From Octopus sinensis (taxonomy: Eukaryota), in NCBI RefSeq assembly GCF_006345805.1, contig NC_043022.1:8804001-8868000 (forward strand): a stretch of 64,000 nucleotides of DNA, written 5' to 3'. Below the pieces are notes generated by a model. That model did not search any database and was not told the origin of the DNA. It saw only the letters and a program-made list of their open reading frames with translations. Within the stretch, counting starts at the first letter, position 1, and the number at the start of each line of letters is the position of its first letter. This document shows, one piece after another, positions 27,318 to 40,207 of this stretch. The position numbers and the translations under genes are program-made.

Positions 27318-27359
27318 CTCTAGACATATTTCAGTTTTATCATGACCTCATCAGCAAAG
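27318..27359 (-). ncRNA. Minimal type I hammerhead ribozyme motif, canonical core, wobble-eroded stems
   Basis: Minus strand: ctttg-CTGATGA-ggt/catgataaa/act-GAAA-tat-GTC-tagag. The adjacent 27400-27510 minus strand weakly resembles a PLE GIY-YIG C-terminus (LC.KE..FI). Confidence 0.6.
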
Positions 27360-28847
27360 CATAAACTTAACTGTACATACCAAAGTAATAATAGAATTGC
27401 CCAGTAAATATTAAAAAATAGTACAATGGTTAGTATAAATTAGTTTAAAGCAGAAAAGATAAGGATTTGTTGGAAGATGAAAGATTTTCTTGATACAGAG
27501 CATTTTGTTTATTTTGGCTGGGGTGGAGAATAGGAAAAATGCCTTTATCAAGTAACATCGGTTTTTCCATGCTGGCATGGCTCAGACGATTTGACTGGAT
27601 GCAGCAACACGCAGAACTCTGTCATGCTGCAAAGTCAGCTTTTGGTAAGGTTTTTACAGCTGAATGCCCTTCCTTATGCCAACCACTTCTTTACAGAGTG
27701 CTTTTTATGTGGCACCAGCATTAGTGAGGTCACCAAATAACTTGCAAGGCAAGAAGAGAACCTGAAAGGGAAAAGAGAAAGGGAAAAGCTCATTTGGCTA
27801 AGGCTAAGTAGGGGTAGTATTTGAAATGTGTCTTGCTGCATCCCGTCAAATCATCTGACACATGTCAGCATCGAAAACACATGTTACTTGAAGGATTTAT
27901 CCCTACTCCCCACACCACCAAGTTAAGTGTGGTTTGTTTTGGGGGCGGGGATAATATTCCATATTTCATCTAGTCTCGTTTCTGATAATTTTTTTTTTAA
28001 TAATTTTATTCCACTACTAAATACAGAAGTGATGTAATATCAATATCTTATCTATTTTGGGAACTTTAATAATTACATTACTATGACATTCACGATTTCA
28101 TATAATATATCTTTGCCTAATGCCTGTTGAATGTTAGACAAACTTATTTATGTATGAGTGGAAACTGGATTTTTGTCTGTTTGTGTGTTTTGGTACTGAA
28201 TTACTGCTGCTGAATATAATAACGCTAATAATAATAGTAATAGTTTATTTAGTAGTAGTAGTAGTAGTAGCAGTAGTAGTAGTAGTAGTAGTAGCAGTAG
28301 TAGTAGTAGTAGTAGTAAAAAAATCTTCGCTCAAATCTAATTGAATTGTTCTGTCATCAATCAAACGTATTTTAACTTTATAAAGAAAAAGAAAAAGAAT
28401 AATTTTTTAAAAAAAGAAATCAGTTTCGTATCGATATCTGATTATTCTAATTGCATTTTGAAATCAATAAGTTCTAAATCATCATCATCGTTATTAGAAA
28501 CAACAGCAGTGCCGTCATCACTACAGTTATCAAAATCATCATCATGAGTATCATCATGCCACCATCTCTATCAGTTTAAAATCCCATTTGTTTTCTGATG
28601 CACCAACAAGGGATTTGCTACATGGTCACCCAACCTTCCAGAAATAGCTGCTAAATTTCCTTCAAAGAACACCACCCAACTGCAATAGTAAAAGGAAGAC
28701 ATTGGAAAATGTAGTTCCTGAAGGGCCAGTACACTATTCAAGAAAATACAAAATGAAGACACATGGTCATGACTTGATTGTTTTTTGATCGTAGGTTTGC
28801 TTGATATGGGCACGCTTATATATATATATATATATATATATACATAC

Positions 28848-28884
<37 letters not shown>

Positions 28885-28924
28885 AATGAATGAAAGAATG
28901 GAGTTGAACGACGATTTAACAAAA

Positions 28925-29023
28925 TTCCTTTATTCTCGACATATGTTTCGAAGACTGCATATTCCTAATTTCGAAGGAATAAGGGGTGCATTATGCCGTC
29001 TTCTCATCAGGAAAGACAAGGAA
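28925..29023 (-). ncRNA. Type I hammerhead ribozyme, fully canonical core, long stem II
   Basis: Minus strand: ttccttgtctttc-CTGATGA-gaagac..(tattcct/aggaata sub-hairpin)..gtcttc-GAA-ACATATGT(palindrome)-C-gagaataaaggaa. Stem I has a 3x3 internal loop and the cleavage triplet is GUC. Confidence 0.85.
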
Positions 29024-29593
29024 CTTATGTCAGCATCATGATGAACAAAAACTTTTAGATGACTGCCCACACAGAGTCCATAGTGATAATGAATGTTTCT
29101 TTAAAATATTAGTTGAATGGAGAAGATTCTAGAAAGTTCAAGAGTTCAAAATAGGTTGGGAGGGGAGAGTTCTAAGAATAGGAAGGTGACAGGGTGCAAG
29201 TCGTATGTATGGTGATGTGTTGTTGTTTGCTTTTGCTAATGAGATTGAGTGCCTATGTGTGTGTATATATATAACTGCATTCGTGTCTATGTGTGTGTAT
29301 GTGTGTGCGTGATTGTGTGTGGGGGGGATAGATGCCAAAAACAACTAGTGGTGAAGTGACAGGTTTGTGTCTGTGTGTTTGATTGTGTTTACGATAGAGA
29401 GAGGGAGAGAGAGAGAGAGAGGTGGGAGAGGTAGAGAGACAAAGGTAAAACATACCCCAACGAATTTGGTAGTAGTCCTTCATGAAACGGAGTATAAACC
29501 TAATTATCCATACTAGGATAATTCATTCAACTACTTAAATATATATATATATGTATATATATATACATATATATACATATATATATATATAAT

Positions 29594-29641
<48 letters not shown>

Positions 29642-29869
29642 CATATATATATATGTATATATATGTATATGTACATATATACATAATATATGTATATATA
29701 TATAATATGTATCATCATCATCATCATTTCACATCTGCTTTCCATGCTAGCATGGCTTGGACGATTTTGACTGAGGGCTGGCGAGCCAGATGGCTGCACC
29801 AGGCTCCAATCAATGTATATATATATATACATAATATCTGTGTATATATATATATACATGGTATATCTA

Positions 29870-29907
<38 letters not shown>

Positions 29908-30231
29908 AAATGAGATAGGGGTTGTAAATTCAACCCTCCATGGGATAACATATATCCAGTATACTGCTAGAGAAGTACCCAACAAAGCTAATACATAAAT
30001 GTTAAAAATTGCGATGCAATTAATTCATTTACTGTATTAGGTGGGCAAAGGTAAAATCATTTTTACCGTAAATTAATAATACAAAATGAGAAAATGGAGA
30101 AATATATCTAAATCAATCATCAACTATCAGATAATACCGAATCAATACTTTATTAAAACACTACACAATAGCAATGATATTATACATTAATATAGTACAA
30201 ATATAACAAGACATAGAAATACATTTACATT

Positions 30232-30348
30232 GTAGCTGACAGCTGTTTCGGCCATGAAGGCAGGTATGTCCCATTTAACCTATTAGCCATATAATGCAGG
30301 TATAAATGAGACATTAACAAGAATATCTTACGGCCTCTTCAGAGATTT
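30232..30348 (-). ncRNA. Type I hammerhead motif with ~80-nt stem II insertion
   Basis: Minus strand: aaatct-CTGAAGA-ggcc..(tgtctcattta/taaatgggaca hairpin)..ggcc-GAA-ACAGCTGT-C-agct. Stem I is weak. Confidence 0.7.
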
Positions 30349-30852
30349 TAATGCAAGTATGAGTACAAATCCTAAATAATTTACATATAAATATAAATAT
30401 GTGTGCATACATACTCATATTCTTACATATATATATATACACAATAATACAATATAAACAATATAGATCAATATACATCAACAAACACAATAATGTTCCA
30501 TATTGAACTCCACAGCTCCTCAACCAACATCAAGAAACCACAACAGACACACTCACACTCAATGCAGGCATATATATTAAACAGTCCAATATATTAAAAT
30601 GTGTCATTTCACAAAAAGTCAATAAAGTTAATACCACCACCACGGTACCATCCAATGCAAGCGGACATCCGCATATATATGCAATCAGTCGAATTCCTCT
30701 GTTTGCATGGTATTAATTTTCACAGATTCATTTGATTGGCCTATACTTTTAAATTTGAATTACAATAGAAATTTTACGGTTAGTTAGCTAGGAAACATAC
30801 ACACGCGCACGCACATCCACAAAACGTGCGCACATACATACATAGTCATATG

Positions 30853-30891
<39 letters not shown>

Positions 30892-30939
30892 ACAGACATA
30901 CCCACATACACAACCAAATCATAAATAACATAAGAGGTA

Positions 30940-30973
<34 letters not shown>

Positions 30974-30974
30974 G

Positions 30975-31125
30975 ATTGCGAATGGATATGGATTACTAAT
31001 GGAGATACTGTATGCAGATGACTTTGTTCTGATGAGTGAGAAGATGAAAGGATTGAGAGAGAAGTTTTGGAAATGGAAGGAGGCATTTGAAAACAAGGGA
31101 TGAAGGTAAACAAATGACTGAGACA
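30975..31125 (+). mobile_element. RTE-clade RT fragment
   Basis: GLLMEILYADDFVLMSEKMKGLREKFWKWKEAFENKG contains the YADD motif. Confidence 0.85.
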
Positions 31126-32019
31126 TGTAAAAGAGTATAGACATCAAGAAATATTAACAGTGAAATAAAGAAAAAAAATTATTTAAACTCTATGTGGATC
31201 CACTCTGTTATACATAACTGAAAAATGGACATTAACAAAAATATTGTGAGATAGATTATAAATGCCTTTGAAATTTTAGAAAACTTTTGAGAGAATAGCA
31301 TGGAGAAGACACAACACCAATGATGAGGTTCCAAAAGTGGCAAAATGTAAGAATATTTTATGTCATCATCAAATAAAAAAGAAAAACTAAAAGTCTGAGG
31401 CTCATCATTTCCTGCTCTCTCCGCCTGTGGAAGAATGCACACTAACATGAGATAGTTACCACCATGGTATGAATCTATGTTATTGGACATACCTCATGTT
31501 AGTTTTATCAACCAGCATCTTCTATGCTGGCTTACGGCATGTTGGAAGATGGTATTAATTTTAGAGTTTTCCTTCTCCAATATTGACTACTTCCATTGCA
31601 TCTAAGGAGCTCAATATAACCTTCCAAATAATTATTTAATCCACAGACGGGACTCCGAGGGTATATTGTTAGTAAGGAAGGATTTATAGAGATTGTTAAG
31701 AGAAAGCAAAAGGAATGGAAGAAAAGAAGAAACCCATGAATTATATGGATGGATAATATGAAAATATTTTTTTTTGTAATTTTTCTTGAGCTCCAGGACT
31801 CATAGCACTGATTACTCAGTTTCCATGACAAACTGACATCTTCTGAATTTGTAGGCCTCTTCTTTCCCTTCTTTGTAATCTCTTACATCTTACACTACAG
31901 TGGCCTCAAGACTTGTTTGGAACAAAATCATAAATAGATAAAAAAAAAGGAAATTCAGTGGGCATCTACACAGTTCCTCTTTATAAAATTACCCTTATCA
32001 GGTATTGAATGGAGGTATA

Positions 32020-32255
32020 TGGCTAGTGGTTCAGGTGTTACACTCATGATGCTAAGATTGTGGTTTCGATACCTGGACCAGGCAATGCATTGTGTCCTTG
32101 AGCCAAAACACTTCATTTCCCTTTGTTCCAATCCACTCAGATGACAAAAAGTTTTTATCCTGTGATGGACCAGCATCTCATCCAGGGGTATGGGTGTATA
32201 TGCCACAGAACCTGGGAAACTAGCCATATGAGCTTCTGGCTTAGAAAGGACCTTT
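32020..32255 (+). mobile_element. tRNA-head SINE with conserved-looking body (cctgtgatggaccagcatctcatccagggg)
   Basis: tggctagtggtt A-box-like and ggtttcgatacc B-box-like motifs. Confidence 0.65.
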
Positions 32256-33131
32256 GGTCCACCAGATATAATCACTGCTATAATAAACGATACTTGATAA
32301 GGGGTCACACAGTGTGATCAAACCCTGAACCAGGCAGTTGGTTGCAAAATGTATTACTCATATATTTCTCATGCCATAAGCTGAAGTAAAGTGAAAGTTT
32401 ATGAAAATTAGATATTCAGATGTTTTGAGAGAGATGATGATAATGATGACAATGACAATGGTTGTGATGATAATGATGATGTTGTTACTGTTGTTACCAT
32501 TGCTACTGCTCTCCAGGTTAGCCCTGATGGAACAGAGGCCTACAATCAATAGCATTCTGGCCACAACCATTTCATTCATTTCTCACAAATGGCAGCAAAA
32601 GGACTTCAACAAATCTAGCCGACAGATTGATTGATTGACTGACCAATTAATCAAACAATCAATTAGTTAATTGTTAAATAGTTAACCAATTGACAAATAA
32701 AAAATAAAGAAGTGAAATAGAATCAGTGCCTGTGTCTATTGTTTTCGTAATGACTGCCACAAGAGAGAACAATATGTTTTTTTTAATAATCTATGTTTTT
32801 CCGTCAGACTTTATTTTTTCTCTTTATATTATTCTTCACTTGTTACTCATTTGGTGTAACCTTCAATCAACTTCTCCAATCAAGGAAGAAGCTAGAGAGA
32901 AACCATGAATGTCACAACTTCCATAGTTTTATTTATTTATTTCCTCCATACACTCCCTGCTGCAATTCCAATATATTCCTTGTAAGAAATCATTATTTCA
33001 CTTTAGTACTTGTCCCAACAATTCATTCAGATATCTAAATTCTTCAAAATCATTGAAATTACATTAGAAGAGAAAAGCTTTTAAAATACAAAGTATAAAT
33101 TGTGTATATACATATATATACACACACATAC

Positions 33132-33164
<33 letters not shown>

Positions 33165-34254
33165 AATATATATATATATTATATATATATATATGTACTC
33201 ACATACCCACACACTCACATGCACATACCCACACACAACACACACATATGTATATATATAATGTCTTTGTGTGTGTCTGTGTGAATATAGTATATATTTT
33301 TATGTGTCCATGAAACAATATCTGTGTGTATATCTAGGATGTCTTTGTGTGCTTTGCATAGCTATATGCCCCAGCATGGTCACAGCTCGTGAGCTGAAAC
33401 TAGATAAAATATAAAATAAAATATCTATATAGTTACTTATGTGTGGTCATAAAATATGTGTATGTGTATTTATCTGTATGTATGTGTGTGTGCATATGTG
33501 TTCACTGTATGATGCACATATGTGAGTTAGTGTGAATGCAAGTATTTGTGTATCTACCTAGAATTTCTGTATCTGTGTATGGGTACATTGAATGTCCTGT
33601 ATATTTATGTATTTGTATCTGTATAGAATGTCTATATATATATATATATGCCTGTGTACATAGTACGCATATATCTGTGTACATGCATTGAATGCCTGTG
33701 TGTATATATATGTATATGTGAGAAGAACTGAAGTGACAATGAGATAATAGAAATATAACATAGATCCTTAAAAAATATCTCTTCAGTATCAATGAATTCA
33801 TACTTCATTAATTAATGTGTTAATTAGAATGACCCTATATAGTTTGGAAAGTAAAGAAAATAATTCCTTCAGGACAAATTTAGTATATTTTTAGTTTCTA
33901 CATTACTGCAATGACATTCTGTATACAATTTTGCTACAAGACAAATTTTAGAATACTTTGCTTTTTGTCTCAACTCATAATATTATCTAAGGTACTTTAG
34001 TGACTTTCTGTATATGAACTACTTCTAAGACAAATTTTAACTTTTGGTTATCCCTAAAGCTTAAGACATTGCCTCCATAACTGTGTATTGGTATTTTTGT
34101 AACAAATGTTGATGGAAAGGGAACTGGAGCAATGTGAAATGATGAGTTTTGCTCAAGAGCACAATGCTCTGCCTGGTCTGGGAATTGAACCCATATATAT
34201 AAATATGCGTGTGTTTGTGTATTATTGACTCCTTTCCTTCATATCATATGATAA

Positions 34255-34483
34255 GGTGGCGAGCTGGCAAACCCGTTAGCATGCCAGGCGAAATGCGTAG
34301 CCGTATTTTGTCTGCTGTTATGTTCTAAGTTCAAATTCCGCTGAGGTCGACTTTGCCTTTCATCCTTTCGGGGTCGATAAATTAAGTACCAGTTACGCAC
34401 TGGGGTTGATGTAATCAACTCAATTCGTTTGTCTGTCCTTGTTTGTCCCCTCTATGTTTAGCCCCTTGTGGGCAATAAAGAAA
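34255..34483 (+). mobile_element. SINE family B
   Basis: Same head, core and tail as 21599-21825. Confidence 0.9.
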
Positions 34484-35458
34484 CACATACTTGTAAATGA
34501 AAGTCACCATAAGCAATTGGGGACCTACATTTCCAATCTTCTGTGAAAACATTTCTGGTTGTGTATCACCTTGCTTGGAAATAGGTGAGGGTAGATGACA
34601 GGAAGGGCATTTGACCACAGAAAATCCACCTCAACAAAATTCTGTCCAACCCATAAAAAACTGGATGTTGAAACAACGATGATAAAAATGTCGTACACTA
34701 GCCACAATAACAGCAGAAGTAAGGTTTGAACACTTTGATTATCATGTAGTGAGTCATTAAGTCTTGTAGACACTGTGCCTCTCTCACTCAAGTTTGAAAA
34801 AAGTACTTTTAAAACACTTTTCAAGCTTTAAACCTTTTAATTAAATTTAATTTCACTGAGCTGTTTTATATTTTCATTTTCATGTTTTTTTTCAAAAATA
34901 CCTATCAATAAATTATACATAGCCGCTAGCAAAGTCTGAACACAAACTACTTAAAGTAATTAGCTATTTACTGAAAATGTTCTTATCTGTAAAACTTATC
35001 TAAACACACCAATACATTTTTATTATTTCTGATAAGTTACTTATTTCAAACTACCAGCACTCTGCTAGGTAATAAAATTTTCATTAGCCAGCATCGTGAT
35101 CGCGTCTTGTATTTCATAGAACTTAAATGAAATTTTAGCAACACACAACTTTTGATGTTGTATCATCATCACAGCTGTCATCATCATCATTGTCTATCAT
35201 CATCATCATCATCATCATCATATGTGATTATAAGACTGGATCCAGCAGAATCTGCAGAAGGAGCCTTCATGTTTCAACAGAGGGGTAGGCAGCTGTGTCA
35301 ATGCATTGTGGAGTGCAGAGAGTAAGATGAGGCAAGTAAGACATCTTGGTTATCCATTGCATCTGTCTCTATCCTCAGTTGTCTTGACTTGGTCTTGCCA
35401 TTGGACTGAAGATGGTCATGAACCCATGAGTGAGGTTGATGGTATGCAACTCTTTAAG

Positions 35459-35708
35459 GCGGTGAACTGGCTAAGGCGGCAAGCTGGCAGAAAGGTTAGC
35501 ACGCTGGGTGAAATGCTCAGTGGTATTTCGTCTGCCACTACATTCTGAGTTCAAATTCCGCCGAGGTCGACTTTGCCTTTCATCCTTTTGGGGTCGACTA
35601 AATAAGTACCAGTTACGCACTGGGGTCAATATAATCGACTTAATCCGTTTGTCTGTCCTTGTTTGTCCTCTCTGTGTTTAGGCCCTTGTGGGTAGTAAAG
35701 AAATAGGT
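35459..35708 (+). mobile_element. SINE family B with duplicated head and apparent TSD
   Basis: The head ggcggYRaRctggc appears twice. It is flanked by ggtatgcaactcttt (left) and ggtatgcaattcttt (right). Confidence 0.9.
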
Positions 35709-35900
35709 ATGCAATTCTTTTTCACTTTAAACAAACTCACCACATGTCATCAGTCATCCTTGAATGATGACTAGATTGTTCTTGTCACTCTGATGGATAA
35801 ACATATTTAATTGTATAATACCTCTATAATCTTCTCTTCTCTTCCCTTTCTTATTTCAGTCATTAGACTGCAACCATGCTGGGGTACCACCTTGAAGGAT

Positions 35901-35931
<31 letters not shown>

Positions 35932-35989
35932 TATAAATATCATTACATTACAATAGTATTATTTTCAATACAATAGTAGTAAAAATTGG

Positions 35990-36013
35990 TATCTTGTGCT
36001 ACTATTTCTTATA

Positions 36014-36089
<76 letters not shown>

Positions 36090-36092
36090 ATA

Positions 36093-36136
<44 letters not shown>

Positions 36137-36168
36137 GTATGTATATATATATATATATATATATATAG

Positions 36169-36258
<90 letters not shown>

Positions 36259-36339
36259 GTATATATATAATATATATATATATATATGTATGTATGTATG
36301 TATATATATATATATATATTATATATGTATGTATGTATG

Positions 36340-36370
<31 letters not shown>
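35990..36370. repeat. (TA)n/(TATG)n compound microsatellite
   Basis: Direct inspection. Confidence 0.95.
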
Positions 36371-36434
36371 TGATAAAAACGGTAAGATAACAAAAGAAAG
36401 AAAGAGACCTCAATATTATGTAAATAGAGGAATT

Positions 36435-36619
36435 TATCTGTAAAATAATATGTGGCAATTATTCAATAGCCAAGATAAAACTCTGAGTTTCGGATGCCGA
36501 GGTGGAAATCCACAACACCAGATAACCAAAGAGATGGTGTTGTAGATTTCCACCTCGGCATCCGAACTCAGAGTTTTATCTTGGCTATTGAATAATTGCC
36601 ACATATTATTTTACAGATA
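36435..36619. repeat. Foldback (~85-bp arms) built from a decayed hammerhead-bearing terminus
   Basis: tatctgtaaaataatatgtgg...cacaacacca / tggtgttgtag...ttttacagata. 36521-36580 reads gataa-CCAAAGA-gatg..catc-c-GAA-ctcagagt-t-ttatc. Confidence 0.85.
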
Positions 36620-38139
36620 TATATTTCATGTTTTATTATTTGCAATTTGTACAACTTTACATTACTAGTGCTTTCATGTGTTGTGCAATCATCAGGTTTA
36701 TGAGGTGACAGTCATGTTCCACAATTGACATCTATAAAAATGTAAAAATTGCAAATAAAAAAATGTGGAAATCAGACTAAGTTAGAATTTCATTAATTAA
36801 TATGCATATATATATGGAACATTGGCTCTTGAAGCAGATGATAAAGCTTTAAATATTTATACCCTATTATTTGTGGCTTTATCATCTGCTTTGAGACCTA
36901 AGGTTCCAAGAAAAAATTATTTCATGGTCTCTTGGAATTTATAAATTCTTATAATATCAATATATACATATATTAGTTGTATATCATACAGGATGCATAT
37001 GACTCTTGACTGATAATCTAAGGTCTCAAAAATAATGTATTATCCACCCATTAATGTAATTCCAACACACATTAACAACTGACTAAACCAAATTACCCCC
37101 AACAACTAAAAGTCTGAAAACAAACATGGACATTTAGGAAAAACTTATGAAAATGCTTAGACCTGGCAATGGGTGAATTGATGCCATTATGTTTAGTTTT
37201 TTATCTAATTAACCCCTAAATTAATGAAATTACTGTAAAAACATATTTAAAAATGAAAGTAGAAGCATTTATATTTTTTCTGAATTTCTGAAGTGAAGAA
37301 TTATCATTGAAATGTTTAATTTAGTATAAATCCATTTGCCTAGGGTTATGCCATACTGATGATTTCAAATAAGGATGAAATGGTACTATACATGGCTACT
37401 TGTAAATAGAAAAAACAAAATTTAAGATATTGTATTGAGCAAAAAAAAGATATATGTGAATTCAATGCATCTTCTTTCTTACAATTCAACTTATGAGGAA
37501 AGCGTTAGATCAGGGTTGTTGGAGGGAAGATGCTGAGGCATTCGTCCAACAATGGACTGAAAAGTCCTTGTAAATGAAACATCCCCAGTACTAAATAAAT
37601 GTACGTAGAAGGTAATGATACCCCTATACAAAAGAGTTTATACATACACAGGTAGATATGATAGTAGGCTGTTATGTAGACGTATACATATATATATAAA
37701 TAGGTAAATGCATATGTAAGTAAACAGATAGATAAGTAGATAGATAAGTACATAGGTAATATGGACATACAAGCACACACACACACAAATGCACAGACAT
37801 GAACACACAAACATGAATATGCAGAATACATACATAAAAAGGTACACACATGCATACTGATGCACATACATGTGCACAAATAAACAAATAGAATGCAGCT
37901 CAGATAACAGTCAACAACTATTGATGAGGTTGTAAGAAGCAACGAAAATTTTAGATAAAATAATTAAGTAAATGAGTGGAAATCAAACCAGAGAGTGTGT
38001 TAATTAATAAGGCATTCAAGCAGAATGACTCTCCCCAGGCACAATAAAATATGTTTCAATACACAAATTCACATAAAGAATCTTACAAACCAAATACAAA
38101 AACAAAATATATGTATTTATATAATGTCTTTTAGTGTTT

Positions 38140-38520
38140 TACTTGTTTCAGTCATTTGAGTGTGGCCATGCTGGAGCACTGCCTCAAAGGGTTTTTAGTT
38201 AAAGAAATCAACCTCAGGACTTATTCTTTGTAAGCCTAGTACTTGTTCTATTGATCACTTTTACTGATCTGCTAAGTTACGGGGATGTAATCACCAACAT
38301 CATTTGTCATGTGAAGGTGGTGGGAACAAACACAGACACAAAGACACACACACATACATAAATATATACATGGGCTTCTTTCAGTTTCTGTCTGCCAAAT
38401 CCACTCACAAGGCTTTGGTCGGCCCGAGGCTATAAAAGAAGACACTTGCCTAAGGTGCTATGCAGTGGGACTGAACATGGAACCATGTGGTTGGGAAACA
38501 AGCTTCTTACCATACAGCCA
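38140..38520 (-). mobile_element. Bipartite SINE family A
   Basis: The tail and head halves match other family A copies. Confidence 0.85.
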
Positions 38521-38752
38521 CACATACACACATACATATGTAGTTAATCCAAACATGAAAACACAAAGAGAAAACACAACAACATGAGGATGTGGAACAA
38601 GTATAGTGTTATTGGACGCTCAGGAAAGGAAGAAGGAGGATTTAACATTTTGAGTGGAGCTCTTTGTCAGAAACATAGGAAAAGGAAACATCCAAGGAAG
38701 GGAAGATGGAGGAAAAAAAATTGCCAACGGTACACACGCGGTCACATTTTTA

Positions 38753-38792
<40 letters not shown>

Positions 38793-39284
38793 CTTTACTT
38801 TCGAGAAATATTTTTTTACACAATTGCTTGAAAGTGGTCAGGTCGGACCCAAGACACTAGACATTATACAACTTGGTTTGAGAAGAGACAAAATTTAGTT
38901 AATTATCCTATAGTTATGATTTACATCAACATAGTAAATACATATAACACAATAAATACACCAAGACAAGGAACATATCAATATATTAATTAGAATAGAA
39001 ATAAGAAATATACATGTAAAAATATACTTGAAAAGGATAAATAAAGAATGAGTGATACATCGATTAAAAATTATATTAAATATAAGATTAAGAATGTTGA
39101 ATTAAGAATTATAAGTTGTTGGTACATCAACAGCAGTGGGAAATCTTAATGATGGATTTGAAAGTCAGAGAAATAATAAGGATAAATTTGTTCCAACTTC
39201 ATTATGGTCTTCTTCTCCTTCTTTTTTCTGGATGTGGTGTCTACTCAATCAGTTAGGTGGTGTCCACTTATCCTTTAAGCATCA

Positions 39285-39580
39285 TCATCATCATCATCGT
39301 TTAACGTCCGTTCTCCATGCTAGCATGGGTTGGACGGTTCAACCGGGGATCTGGGAAGCCAGAAGGCTGCACCAGGCTCCAGTCTTATCTGGCAATGTTT
39401 CTACAGCTGGATGCCCTTCCTAACACCAACCACTCCATGAGTGTAGTGTGTGCTTTTTACGTGCCACCTGCACAGGTGCCAGGTGAGGCTGGCAACAATC
39501 ACAGTCGGATTGGTGCATTTTACGTGCCAGTCGAGGCGGCACTGGCATCGGCCACAATTCGGATGGTGCTTTTTACGTGT
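39285..39580 (-). mobile_element. RTE-tail SINE with hairpin repeat units
   Basis: ttaacgtccgttctccatgctagcatgggttggacgg tail. Confidence 0.85.
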
Positions 39581-39804
39581 ATATATATTACCTTTTATTT
39601 GCTTCAGTCAGACTGTGACCATGCGATGGCACCACCTTAAAGAATTTTAGTCGGACTTATTGAGCCCTGTACCTTTGAATGAGTGGTACTTATTCTGTTG
39701 ATTTCTTTTGCCAACCACTAAGTTATGGAGACGTAAAACACACCAATACCAGTTGTCAAGTATTAGTGGAAGACGAATACGCAAAGACACACAAACATGT
39801 ATAT

Positions 39805-39836
<32 letters not shown>

Positions 39837-40155
39837 ATATATATATATATATAAGGTTTATTCAATATATATATATAAGGTTTATTCAATATATATATAA
39901 GGTTTATTCAAAGCAATGAATAGCTTATGACGAAACCATGGTAAGCTTTGCTTTCTGACTTTTTAATCATCTCATAATAATGACTTTTATGACTTTTATT
40001 ACTACCTCAGTTCATCTAAATGTATATATCTGTTGTTACCTTTCATAAAAAGCCTTTTCTTTTTTTATTTACAATATGCATTTTCATTGATTTTTCTTAA
40101 TTTCCCCTTATATTTCCACGTGTATTTTATATTTTCTTTTTGTAACATATTTCTA

Positions 40156-40207
<52 letters not shown>

